In this document: positions 24,492 through 32,000 of the stretch, piece after piece
Position numbering within the stretch: position 1 is the stretch's first letter
Layout: the number at the start of each line of letters is the position of its first letter
DNA from: an uncultured bacterium
GTDB lineage: Bacteria; Patescibacteriota; Gracilibacteria; UBA1369; PNNO01
DNA: 32,000 bases
Reading direction: 5' to 3'
NCBI GenBank assembly: GCA_963704705.1
Contig: OY969931.1
Span: 180,001 to 212,000, forward strand
Translations under genes and position numbers: made by a program
The notes under the pieces: generated by a model
Database searches by the model: none
Told to the model about the DNA's origin: nothing
What the model saw: only the letters and a program-made list of their open reading frames with translations

Positions 24492-25552
24492 AGTTCTAAG
24501 AATAAATAATTATAATGTATTAAAGCTTTTTTGCCCTGTTTTCCTAAATATTCTTCAGCGGTTTTAGAAGAATATTCCGCCTTCCCTAAGCCAATTCTTT
24601 CTCCTTTTTCATTTTTTACCTCTATAATATCTCCTTTTTCAAAGTCTCCGTCAATTTTAATTATACCAATTGGCAGAAGGCTGCTGACTTTATCAGTAAG
24701 TACTTTTTCCGCTCCTTCATTTATTTGTACACTGCCTTTCTCGTAACCTTTTCCATGTGCAATCCATTTTTTTACACTGGATACATTTTTGTGCGCAATA
24801 AACTTTGTGCCTGCATTTATACCTTTGGTTATATTGATAAGTACGTTTTCTTTGGCTCCGTTTGCAATGTAAGTAGTAATTCCCAACAGAGAAAGCTTAT
24901 TGGCAATTTGTGATTTTGTTACCATTCCGCCTCTGCCAAAAGTTGTTTTTGTGTCTGAAATATAATTTTGAAATGTTGTAGTTTTCGGATCAATTTCTTT
25001 AATTAAATTTGCACCGGGTTCATTCGGATTTTTATCAAAAACACCGTCAACATTTGTTAAAATAATAAGAGCATCAACATTTAACATTGAAGAAATCATT
25101 CCGGCCAATTCATCGTTATCCGTAAACATCAGCTCACTAACCGATACAACATCGTTTTCATTTACAATCGGAATTATTTTATCGTGAAGCAATCCTTCAA
25201 AACAATTTTTCATATTCAAGTAGTGCTGTCTGTCTCTGAAGTCTTCTTTGGTTGCAAGAATTTGCGCGCAAAAATAATTGAAATTTTCAAAAATAATAGC
25301 ATATGTATGCATTAAATCTATTTGCCCAACAGATGCAAGAACCTGCCTTTTAATTATTGGATTTGTTTTGTCCGATAATTGAATTAAAGATTTGCCTGTT
25401 GCAACCGCGCCCGAAGAAACCAAAATAACATCGATACCTTTTTTCTTTAAATCCGCAATTTGAAAAGCTATGTGCTCAATCCGTTTTTCGTTTAATAAAC
25501 CGTTGTCAGCGGTTATTACATGAGTTCCAACCTTAACAACTATTCTTTTCAT
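24488..25552 (-). CDS. proB: glutamate 5-kinase with a C-terminal PUA domain
   Basis: 354 aa. VVKVGT... amino-acid-kinase fold, FTDNDELA motif, PUA-like C-terminus. 4-nt overlaps with proC and argH. Confidence 0.9.
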   Translation of the reverse strand: MKRIVVKVGTHVITADNGLLNEKRIEHIAFQIADLKKKGIDVILVSSGAVATGKSLIQLSDKTNPIIKRQVLASVGQIDLMHTYAIIFENFNYFCAQILATKEDFRDRQHYLNMKNCFEGLLHDKIIPIVNENDVVSVSELMFTDNDELAGMISSMLNVDALIILTNVDGVFDKNPNEPGANLIKEIDPKTTTFQNYISDTKTTFGRGGMVTKSQIANKLSLLGITTYIANGAKENVLINITKGINAGTKFIAHKNVSSVKKWIAHGKGYEKGSVQINEGAEKVLTDKVSSLLPIGIIKIDGDFEKGDIIEVKNEKGERIGLGKAEYSSKTAEEYLGKQGKKALIHYNYLFLEL

Positions 25553-26919
25553 GATAATTTTTTGATTTGTGCTTCAAGTTTATTTAAACCCAGATTGCCT
25601 GTACCACCCTGGTGTTTTGATTCTTTAAACATTTTTTCGATTTGTTTTTCGTTAACTTCAATCTTGTCCAGATTTGCCCCAACTTCAATATACGCATCTC
25701 TGAATGTCCATCCTTTTTTAACCAGTTCAAATGCTTTATGCGCTGCAAAAAGTTCAGGCGTCATTGCGTCGTGAAGCACTTTTTCTATTGGTTTGATATT
25801 TTTTATAATTACAGACATAACTTCGAGCGAAGTTTCTGTATAGCGTAGTCCAAGGAAAAGCGGACGTTTAATTTCCTGTCCATCACGGTGATATCCGGAA
25901 ATTTTATTTATAATATTCATTATAAGTTCGTTTTTACAGCTAATAACTGTAGCTGTTCTGCCTCTTATCAGTTCGGCAACATCAAGATTTTTCTTTTGTG
26001 GCATAATAGATGAACCTGTTGCGATTGAATCCGAAATATCCAAAAAGTGGAATTCCTGAGTTGTAAAAAACAACAAATCGCTCGCAAGTTTATTTAATGT
26101 GAGCATCATTTGTACGCAAACTTCTAATACACTGCCTTCAATTTTACCGCGTGAATTCTGGCAGTACATTACATTGTTTTGTGTTCTTTTAAAGCCAAGT
26201 TGTTTGCTTAGCCAATCACGATCAAATGGGAAAGGGGAGCCATATCCTGCGCCTGAACCCAAAGGATTTTGATCAACCAGTTCACTGCTTACGGTATTTA
26301 AAAGCCGCACATCATCCAGCAAGCTTTCAACAAATGCAGCGAGCCATGTACCAATAGTTGTTGGCATTGCTTTTTGCATGTGTGTATAGCCGGGCATTGG
26401 CATCATCTCATATTTTTTCGCAGTTTTAAGTAAATCACTCGCTAATTTAAGTGCGAGTTTCTTCAAATCTTTGCACTTAGCTTTTAAAAAAAGGCGCATC
26501 ATTACGAGCACCTGGTCATTACGGGAACGAGCTGTATGAATTTTTTTGCCTGTGTCACCAAACCGGTTAATCAAATAATCTTCAATTTTTGTGTGACTGT
26601 CTTCATCCTCAACTTTTAATTGAAATTTACCTTCCGCATATAACTTTAGAATTTCATCCAGACCTTTTTCGAGTTTTGTAAGATCGGCTTTTGTTAAAAT
26701 TCCGTGTTTTTGAAGCAATTGCGCCCATGCTCTTGAGCCTTGCACGTCATATGGAATCATTAATTGATCATAAATAATATCCTCACCAGCATTGTATTCT
26801 TCAACAAGAGGATCAAGCTCAACAACCTTATCTTTAAACCATATTTTCTTTTTTATTGGTTTGGTATTTGGAGCAGGCCTTTTAGAAACAATTTTTTTAA
26901 TTGTTTTTTTAGTGCTCAT
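25549..26919 (-). CDS. argH: argininosuccinate lyase (start re-set to the ATG at 26919; 456 aa)
   Basis: Fumarate-lyase signature GSSIMPQKKN. The 613-aa track ORF extends antisense through two tRNA genes and a repeat array. MSTKKTIKK... gives a normal ArgH length. Confidence 0.88.
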   Translation of the reverse strand: MSTKKTIKKIVSKRPAPNTKPIKKKIWFKDKVVELDPLVEEYNAGEDIIYDQLMIPYDVQGSRAWAQLLQKHGILTKADLTKLEKGLDEILKLYAEGKFQLKVEDEDSHTKIEDYLINRFGDTGKKIHTARSRNDQVLVMMRLFLKAKCKDLKKLALKLASDLLKTAKKYEMMPMPGYTHMQKAMPTTIGTWLAAFVESLLDDVRLLNTVSSELVDQNPLGSGAGYGSPFPFDRDWLSKQLGFKRTQNNVMYCQNSRGKIEGSVLEVCVQMMLTLNKLASDLLFFTTQEFHFLDISDSIATGSSIMPQKKNLDVAELIRGRTATVISCKNELIMNIINKISGYHRDGQEIKRPLFLGLRYTETSLEVMSVIIKNIKPIEKVLHDAMTPELFAAHKAFELVKKGWTFRDAYIEVGANLDKIEVNEKQIEKMFKESKHQGGTGNLGLNKLEAQIKKLS

Positions 26920-26951
26920 TATAAATATTTTAGGATATCTTCTGATGTATT

Positions 26952-26969
26952 CTAGCCACATGTGGCTAG
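26952..26969. promoter_or_regulatory. perfect 18-bp palindrome CTAGCCACATGTGGCTAG, 33-50 nt upstream of the argH start (candidate operator)
   Basis: Read directly from the sequence. It lies in the -35 region of any argH promoter. Confidence 0.35.
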
Positions 26970-26986
26970 TTTTGCAAGAAGATGCT

Positions 26987-27058
26987 TTGCCCGGCAAAGT
27001 GGGATTGCCGACCAAAGTGGGATTGCCCGGCAAGGCGGGGTAACCGGACAAGTTCCGT
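26987..27058. repeat. four tandem 18-bp GC-rich repeat units (the fourth diverged)
   Basis: Units are TTGCCCGGCAAAGTGGGA, TTGCCGACCAAAGTGGGA, TTGCCCGGCAAGGCGGGG and TAACCGGACAAGTTCCGT. They abut the 20-bp palindrome GTTCCGTCCCGGGACGGAAC (27052-27071). Confidence 0.7.
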
Positions 27059-27172
27059 CCCGGGACGGAACAAATAGAAACCTTCAATTTTTCTTTATTT
27101 GATGAGAAAAATAAGCAAATATAATCGCAGAACCTCAGGATCCATAATTTGATTTTGTCAATTTGCGAAAGA

Positions 27173-27201
27173 TTTGCATTACATGCCACCCTTAAGTAAA
27201 A
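27173..27201 (+). promoter_or_regulatory. sigma70-type promoter for tRNA-Cys/tRNA-Arg (TTGCAT-17-TAAAAT)
   Basis: TTGCAT at 27173-27178 and TAAAAT at 27196-27201. The tRNA starts at 27218. Confidence 0.45.
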
Positions 27202-27217
27202 TAGCTTAAGCAAATGT

Positions 27218-27293
27218 GGCGACGTGGCCAAGTGGTTAAGGCAGCGGTTTGCAAAACCGTTATTCATGGGTTCGAATCCCATCGTCGCCTCCA
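27218..27293 (+). tRNA. tRNA-Cys (GCA), CCA encoded
   Basis: Acceptor GGCGACG/CGTCGCC, anticodon loop TTGCAAA, T loop TTCGAAT. Confidence 0.9.
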
Positions 27294-27312
27294 GTTTAAT
27301 TGACCCTTTCAT

Positions 27313-27389
27313 GCACCCGTAGCTCAGCTGGATAGAGCGCAGCCTTGCGGAGGCTGAGGCCACAGGTTCGAATCCTGTCGGGTGTACCA
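27313..27389 (+). tRNA. tRNA-Arg (GCG), CCA encoded
   Basis: Acceptor GCACCCG/CGGGTGT (G1:U72), D arm GCTC-AGCTGGATA-GAGC, anticodon loop TTGCGGA, T loop TTCGAAT. Confidence 0.88.
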
Positions 27390-27630
27390 TTTATTTGACC
27401 TCTATCGTTTTAATCATATCAATCACTTCATCCTCCTGGCTTTGTCATCCAAATATTGCCCAACAACATAATAGCTTTGGTTTGATCCTGTTGTTGGAAT
27501 CATCATAATATTCATTGAATTCGGTAATCTTTTCAATTTTGCCTTGCATCTCATTAAAAATTGTAATGTCAAAATACCTGTTTGATTTCATTTATTAAAC
27601 AAGTATAATAAAAAACTCTTAAAGAGATTT

Positions 27631-27987
27631 ATGAAATTTAATTTTTTAAGAAAAATCGGGATATTGCTTCTTGCGATCGCTGCAATACATTTCACATGTT
27701 ATTTTCCTGTTGTATCAGCCAGTTCTTCAATGGAAGATATGACCCATTCAAAGACCATGATTACTGATGAGTCTTTTGGATGTTGCGAAGAGTCTGCTGG
27801 TGTTTGTCATGATGTAGGCGATTTGTCTTTTTTGAATTTTGTAGCTTTTGAAATATGGGACAATAGTTTTATCAGATTTATAAATACTGATTTAAAACTT
27901 TCTGAAAAAAATGTTAAATTTCTCAATATATCATTTTTCCCTGATTCGCAGCTTGAGAAAATTAAAACCGTCCAGATAGTGGTCTAA
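27631..27987 (+). CDS. hypothetical exported protein with a Cys cluster (CCEESAGVCH)
   Basis: 118 aa with an N-terminal hydrophobic signal/anchor. Lies directly upstream of dsbA-like gene. No family recognised. Confidence 0.45.
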   Translation: MKFNFLRKIGILLLAIAAIHFTCYFPVVSASSSMEDMTHSKTMITDESFGCCEESAGVCHDVGDLSFLNFVAFEIWDNSFIRFINTDLKLSEKNVKFLNISFFPDSQLEKIKTVQIVV

Positions 27988-28025
27988 AATTTAAGATAAT
28001 TTATTTATTATTTAATCTTAAATTT

Positions 28026-28700
28026 ATGTCTAAATTAAAATTTGCAATTTTTTCATCAATCTTATTAATAACGGTAGTGTTTGCTACCGCTTGTACACAG
28101 GGTGTCGCAGATAATACTCAAGCTTCAATAATGGATAACAATAATCAAAATGTATTTGAAATCCGCGATACAGATCATGTTTTTGGAAATCCGGACGCAC
28201 CGATAACTTTATTTGAATATTCGGATTTTGAATGTCCTTATTGCAAAGCGTTTCAAACAACCGCCGAACTTATTGTTAATGAATTTGGTGGAGATGTTAA
28301 CTGGGTATATCGCCATTTTCCTTTATCTTTTCATGAGCCCGCTGCAACCCGCGAAGCGCAGGCAGCTGAATGCGCTGCTGATCAGGGCGGAGATGAAAAA
28401 TTTTGGGAATTCGGAAAAATGATTTATTCAAGAACTTCAGGTAACGGAAGCGGAATTGATAAAGATACTTTGGTTGCAATGTCAGAAGAGGCTGGTCTTG
28501 ATAAAAAGGAATTTGAACAGTGCCTGGATTCCAATAAGTTTCAGGACTATATTAAACAGAGTTCCAAAGAAGGTGTTAATTTAGGTGTTACAGGTACCCC
28601 TGCAACATTTGTTTATGATCATCGAACAGGCGATTCAAGCCTTGTTTCAGGAAATCAATCTTTTGATAAACTAAAAAAATATCTAGAAGGAATTCTTTAA
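28026..28700 (+). CDS. DsbA-family thiol:disulfide oxidoreductase, probable lipoprotein
   Basis: 224 aa. Lipobox-like VFATAC, CPYC active site within a thioredoxin fold, GTPATFV cis-Pro region. Confidence 0.75.
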   Translation: MSKLKFAIFSSILLITVVFATACTQGVADNTQASIMDNNNQNVFEIRDTDHVFGNPDAPITLFEYSDFECPYCKAFQTTAELIVNEFGGDVNWVYRHFPLSFHEPAATREAQAAECAADQGGDEKFWEFGKMIYSRTSGNGSGIDKDTLVAMSEEAGLDKKEFEQCLDSNKFQDYIKQSSKEGVNLGVTGTPATFVYDHRTGDSSLVSGNQSFDKLKKYLEGIL

Positions 28701-28708
28701 TATTTTGG

Positions 28709-28746
28709 ATAGCTCCGTTTAAATTTTTTAGGCGGAGCTATTTTTA
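28709..28746 (+). terminator. rho-independent terminator after the dsbA-like gene
   Basis: ATAGCTCCG-15 nt-CGGAGCTAT (9-bp perfect stem) followed by TTTTT. Confidence 0.7.
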
Positions 28747-29145
28747 AAATTCAGAAGCAGCAAAAAATATTCCAAAGCCTACTGCAAATAACACACCCAA
28801 TGCAACAAGGATCAGCAATACTCGTTTTTTATTTGGAGTTTCTCCTTCTGACTTTTTCTTTTTAGTTATAATTAATGGTATAAAAATCGCAATCCAAAAT
28901 GGGATGAACGATACGAAGTTTTCAGGATTATCAAAAAAGTCTTTATCGATTGAGCCTTCTTTATATGCAAAATATCCCGCAATAAGACCACCTGCAATTA
29001 AAAGAGCCAAGCCAATAAATATAATTATTTTAGTTCTGCTGTTATCTTTTCCATTATTATTGCCTTTTAATCTGTTTCTCTTTTCAAGTTCTTCCAAGGA
29101 GCCCGGGTATTTATGAGGATCAATTTGTTCAAAATTTATATCCAT
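28744..29145 (-). CDS. hypothetical membrane protein, 133 aa (three TM-like segments)
   Basis: Clean ORF with hydrophobic segments IIIFIGLALLIAGGLIAGYF, FIPFWIAIFIPLII and VLLILVALGVLFAVGFGIFF. Confidence 0.5.
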   Translation of the reverse strand: MDINFEQIDPHKYPGSLEELEKRNRLKGNNNGKDNSRTKIIIFIGLALLIAGGLIAGYFAYKEGSIDKDFFDNPENFVSFIPFWIAIFIPLIITKKKKSEGETPNKKRVLLILVALGVLFAVGFGIFFAASEF

Positions 29146-29156
29146 AGTTTTATTAA

Positions 29157-30131
29157 TTAAGTTGTTTTTCCGAAAATTGCGCGTCCATTTACCGATGCAA
29201 TAGCAACAAGATCATCAAATTTATAATATCTGCATGCTTCCATGAGCATGCGCATTTCAACCCATAAATCTCCATCTAGAAACGGATGATAAAAATCAAA
29301 TACATTATCTACACCAATTGCTACTGTTATCCCTGCTTCAAGCATTTCAGGTACATTTGCAATTGAATTATGTATAGGAGCTTTATATTGATCTAGCTGA
29401 CGCATGCCAAGTGCATTCCCGGGACATACTACAGCACTTACTCCGTTATCCGCCATTCTTTTATAAATTTCCTGTCTATATGATTTTTCCTGCGCTGAAA
29501 CAGATAGCACATGAACAGCTGTTACTTTGCCCTGGTATTTATGTTTCTCAATATAATCTAAAAGCTTTTCTGTGTCTCTTTCATTTGGATTGTTTTCCTG
29601 ATCAATATGAACATGCAGATTTTTACCAAGATTTTTTGCAATACTGAACATATGATCATAATTCTCATCATCATTTGGACGATCGCGTGATGGCAAACCA
29701 CCCGCAATGTCTGCTTTTGCTGTGATTTCTTCATATAAATCACGCGCCGCTTTATCATTAAGTCCCCCTAAAGGCTGAGTCATTGTAATAAAATCGATTT
29801 TGCCTTTATATTCTTCTTTAACTTTATTTGCAGCATCAATATTTTTATGTCCGACCGCATCATAAGCATCAATAAATGACGCACAAACCTTTACGCCTTG
29901 ATCTGCCATGATATCAAGGCCGGTTCGTATTCTTTCTTCAACTTCTTCCTGTGTGGAATTTTTCTTTATATCATCGCTCATAAGCCATTTTTGTTCCATA
30001 TCAACCATGGTTTTATCAAGTTCTTCTTTGGTGATATAAAAAGCTTTATCAAAGTGAGCATGACAATTAACAAAACCGCCATTTTGTTTAACAGCTTCCA
30101 AGAATTGTGATTTTAAATCCCATTTTTGCAT
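29157..30131 (-). CDS. metal-dependent amidohydrolase (cytosine-deaminase-like subgroup)
   Basis: 324 aa. N-terminal CHAH (HxH), HVHIDQ, a later VHV His and GVDN Asp match amidohydrolase-superfamily metal ligands. The substrate is not inferable. Confidence 0.55.
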   Translation of the reverse strand: MQKWDLKSQFLEAVKQNGGFVNCHAHFDKAFYITKEELDKTMVDMEQKWLMSDDIKKNSTQEEVEERIRTGLDIMADQGVKVCASFIDAYDAVGHKNIDAANKVKEEYKGKIDFITMTQPLGGLNDKAARDLYEEITAKADIAGGLPSRDRPNDDENYDHMFSIAKNLGKNLHVHIDQENNPNERDTEKLLDYIEKHKYQGKVTAVHVLSVSAQEKSYRQEIYKRMADNGVSAVVCPGNALGMRQLDQYKAPIHNSIANVPEMLEAGITVAIGVDNVFDFYHPFLDGDLWVEMRMLMEACRYYKFDDLVAIASVNGRAIFGKTT

Positions 30132-30201
30132 ATCTTTTTTTTAATAATTTTCGAGTTTATTTTATATAAAAAAAACAACTATAGCTAGTTATCTCTTAAA
30201 A

Positions 30202-30277
30202 TGGTGGGTCATACTGGATTCGAACCAGTGACCTTCTCCTTAAAAGGGAGCCGCTCTACCTGCTGAGCTAATGACCC
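30202..30277 (-). tRNA. tRNA-Lys (TTT), CCA encoded
   Basis: Acceptor GGGTCAT/ATGACCC, anticodon loop CTTTTAA, T loop TTCGAAT. Confidence 0.9.
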
Positions 30278-30325
30278 AAAAAAGATTGCTTCACCATTCT
30301 ACGAATACTTAACCTTTAGCGCAAG

Positions 30326-30901
30326 TTAATTTTCATTTTTCTGTGTAAAAAGGCTGATTCCGAGGAAGCCCAAAGCCGGAAGCATGAACCAAACACTGTA
30401 ATGATCAATGAGTAATCGGGCGATATTCGACTGATTGTAAATATCCTGAAAAGCACTGCTTGTAGCAATAGGGTCACCTACAATAAATGATGAACCTGAA
30501 ACAAAAATTAAAGCAACACTTACTATTAAACAGGCATTTAAAAACCCGAATAATAAATTTATGGCTAGTTTAAAGCCAATAGGGCCGTCAGTTCTTACGT
30601 CTACATCATAGTTGCCTTTAACGGATAAAAGTACAATAAGTACTACAAGCATTATAATTTTAACTAGAGCCGCCGCATCTTCAGGTGTGTTTACATAAAA
30701 AAGCTTCATCATTTTCATAAAATTATCTGATAAAGCCAGAGTCTTCCCGAATAAATTACCCACAGCATCAGCAAAAAGTGCTGACATATAAGTAGCGATT
30801 ATTACTTTTATATTATTGTTTCTGCCAATAATCAAACTGTAGGCAACTACAAGTCCGAAAAATACTATAATTAATAAATCCCACGATAGATTTACATTCA
30901 T
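30326..30901 (-). CDS. hypothetical polytopic membrane protein, 191 aa
   Basis: Five or six hydrophobic segments. No family recognised. Confidence 0.5.
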   Translation of the reverse strand: MNVNLSWDLLIIVFFGLVVAYSLIIGRNNNIKVIIATYMSALFADAVGNLFGKTLALSDNFMKMMKLFYVNTPEDAAALVKIIMLVVLIVLLSVKGNYDVDVRTDGPIGFKLAINLLFGFLNACLIVSVALIFVSGSSFIVGDPIATSSAFQDIYNQSNIARLLIDHYSVWFMLPALGFLGISLFTQKNEN

Positions 30902-30955
30902 GCTTTTAATTTAGATCAATATTTATAGTATAACATCATACAAAATTTGGCAAGA

Positions 30956-32000
30956 TTATCCAAAAAGCCCTTTTTTATTTTCTTTAATATTAAGTTTTGC
31001 TTCTGTTGCAAGCTCTTCATAAAGTTCTTTTTCTTTTTTTGTAAGTTTTGCAGGTACATCCAAAATTATTTTAATATAGTGATCTCCCTTTAGCGATGTA
31101 TTAAGTCTCGGCATTCCATAACCCTTTAATTTAAAAACTTTTCCACTGCTTGTGCCTGCAGGAATTTTTAATTTAACTTTTTCATAAACCGTTGGAACTT
31201 CAATTTCGTCTCCAAGAACCCCTTGTAGTAAATGAATTTTTTGTTCCGTATGAATATCATCTCCGCTTCTTACAAATTCTTTGTGAGATTCTACATTAAT
31301 ATGTAAATATAAATCTCCGTAATCTCCGCCTTTAAGTCCTGCTTCACCTTTGCCGCTCAATCTAATTGTTGAATCATCATTTATTCCGGCTGGAATTTTA
31401 ACTTTTACTCTTTCTTTTTTTCTTATTCTGGTTGTGCCGTGACAAACACTGCATTTTTTTTCTGGAGTTCTTCCTTCGCCATGGCATACGTCGCAGGTTC
31501 TTGAAGTAGCTATTTGGCCAAGTAAAGTCTGGCGAATTTCTTTGATTTCACCTGTGCCGTTACATAATGCACATGTGACAATTTTGCTTCCGGGTTCAGC
31601 ACCGGTAGCTTTGCAATGATCACATTTTTCCGCTTTTGTTATTTCAAGTTCACGCTCTGTACCTGTTACACTTTCTTCAAATTTAATTTTGATATTGGCT
31701 TCTATGTCTTCTCCTCTAACAGGTCCTCCTGCACGCGATCTTGTTCTTGAGCTAGAGCCGCCACTAAAAAATGTTTCAAAAATATCAGCAAAACCACCTC
31801 CCATATTTGAAAAATCAAATCCCTGAGCATTAAAGCCTGAATATCCCTGAGCACCGCCATAACCGCCACCTGCACCCTGAGATTGACCAAACTGGTCATA
31901 ATAAGTACGTTTTTTATTGTCCGACAGGGTTTCGTAAGCTTCACTCACTTGTTTGAATTTTGCTTCTGCACTTTTATCTCCTTTATTTTTATCAGGATGA
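30956..32000 (-). CDS. dnaJ: molecular chaperone DnaJ (N-terminal J domain truncated by the window edge)
   Basis: G/F-rich region and four CxxCxGxG zinc-finger repeats (CDHCKATG, CALCNGTG, CDVCHGEG, CSVCHGTT). The frame stays open upstream of the track ATG (..PDKNKGDKSAEAKFKQVSEAYETLSD). Confidence 0.9.
   Translation of the reverse strand, partial: HPDKNKGDKSAEAKFKQVSEAYETLSDNKKRTYYDQFGQSQGAGGGYGGAQGYSGFNAQGFDFSNMGGGFADIFETFFSGGSSSRTRSRAGGPVRGEDIEANIKIKFEESVTGTERELEITKAEKCDHCKATGAEPGSKIVTCALCNGTGEIKEIRQTLLGQIATSRTCDVCHGEGRTPEKKCSVCHGTTRIRKKERVKVKIPAGINDDSTIRLSGKGEAGLKGGDYGDLYLHINVESHKEFVRSGDDIHTEQKIHLLQGVLGDEIEVPTVYEKVKLKIPAGTSSGKVFKLKGYGMPRLNTSLKGDHYIKIILDVPAKLTKKEKELYEELATEAKLNIKENKKGLFG

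Noticed and set aside
8807-25848. The many 60-98-aa track ORFs nested in or antisense to large genes (e.g. 8807..9049, 9624..9905, 10401..10616, 11762..12001, 14579..14803, 16520..17087, 17925..19114, 20186..20801, 21224..21508, 23397..23621, 24531..24913, 25520..25848).
   Set aside because: All lie within strongly supported enzymes and show shadow-frame composition. None has independent signals.
26987-27058. The 18-bp repeats as a CRISPR array, or as a collagen-like/GNPTLPG repeat coding region.
   Set aside because: The units are contiguous with no spacers, number only about four, and are far shorter than CRISPR repeats. No start codon or plausible protein context supports coding.
26920-27390. 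N-terminal 157 aa of the 613-aa track ORF (25549..27390) as part of ArgH.
   Set aside because: This stretch is the antisense translation of tRNA-Arg and tRNA-Cys (…GFEPV…, …GFEPMNNGF…) and of the 18-bp repeat array. Starting at the ATG at 26919 gives a normal 456-aa argininosuccinate lyase.
27445-27591. 48-aa minus-strand ORF (MKSNRYFDITIFNEMQGK...) between tRNA-Arg and the 118-aa gene.
   Set aside because: No motif, SD or promoter evidence. It is too short to support without conservation data.
1-32000. Alternative genetic code (UGA recoding, as in some CPR lineages).
   Set aside because: Long conserved enzymes (tkt, zwf, gnd, rnj, argH) are uninterrupted under the standard code and end at sensible lengths.

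Overview
This is an AT-rich, gene-dense bacterial window. Hand GC counts of host 60-nt samples give about 32%. Host genes lack Shine-Dalgarno sequences. The gene content (SLH wall-anchored proteins, a PF18895-like pilin, small genes) looks like a Patescibacteria/CPR-type genome using the standard genetic code.

Most of the window is housekeeping. It holds RNase J, MurB and seven tRNAs (Tyr, Thr, Pro, Cys, Arg, Lys, plus one aberrant tRNA-like element). It holds a split DipZ-type thiol-redox pair (CcdA plus Trx-like protein), dCTP deaminase, and a long minus-strand array. That array carries argH-proB-proC-proA, an SLH-cupredoxin protein, and a full pentose-phosphate set (tal, pgi, tkt, LOG-family, gnd, zwf, pgl). 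DsbA, an amidohydrolase and a partial DnaJ complete the set.

The strongest anomaly is a ~1.9 kb GC-rich island (about 6100-8010; samples at 53-58% GC).
- Its genes have strong SD sites, unlike the host genes.
- It encodes two Cys-rich lipoproteins, one with DxDxDG calcium-binding repeats.
- It contains a small promoter-to-terminator unit with a 75-aa membrane-protein candidate.
- It carries three copies of a ~40-nt hairpin motif, two of them as inverted copies at the island ends. One stem base pair shows a compensatory double substitution between copies.

Secondary oddities:
- a D-armless tRNA/tmRNA-like minihelix with alanine identity (G3:U70), embedded in a 12-bp extended stem
- 18-bp tandem repeats plus perfect GC-rich palindromes upstream of argH
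- a 43-aa desulforedoxin gene missing from the ORF track

No CRISPR array, transposase, integrase or recognisable defence genes were seen. All functional calls rest on motif recognition by eye, not database searches.
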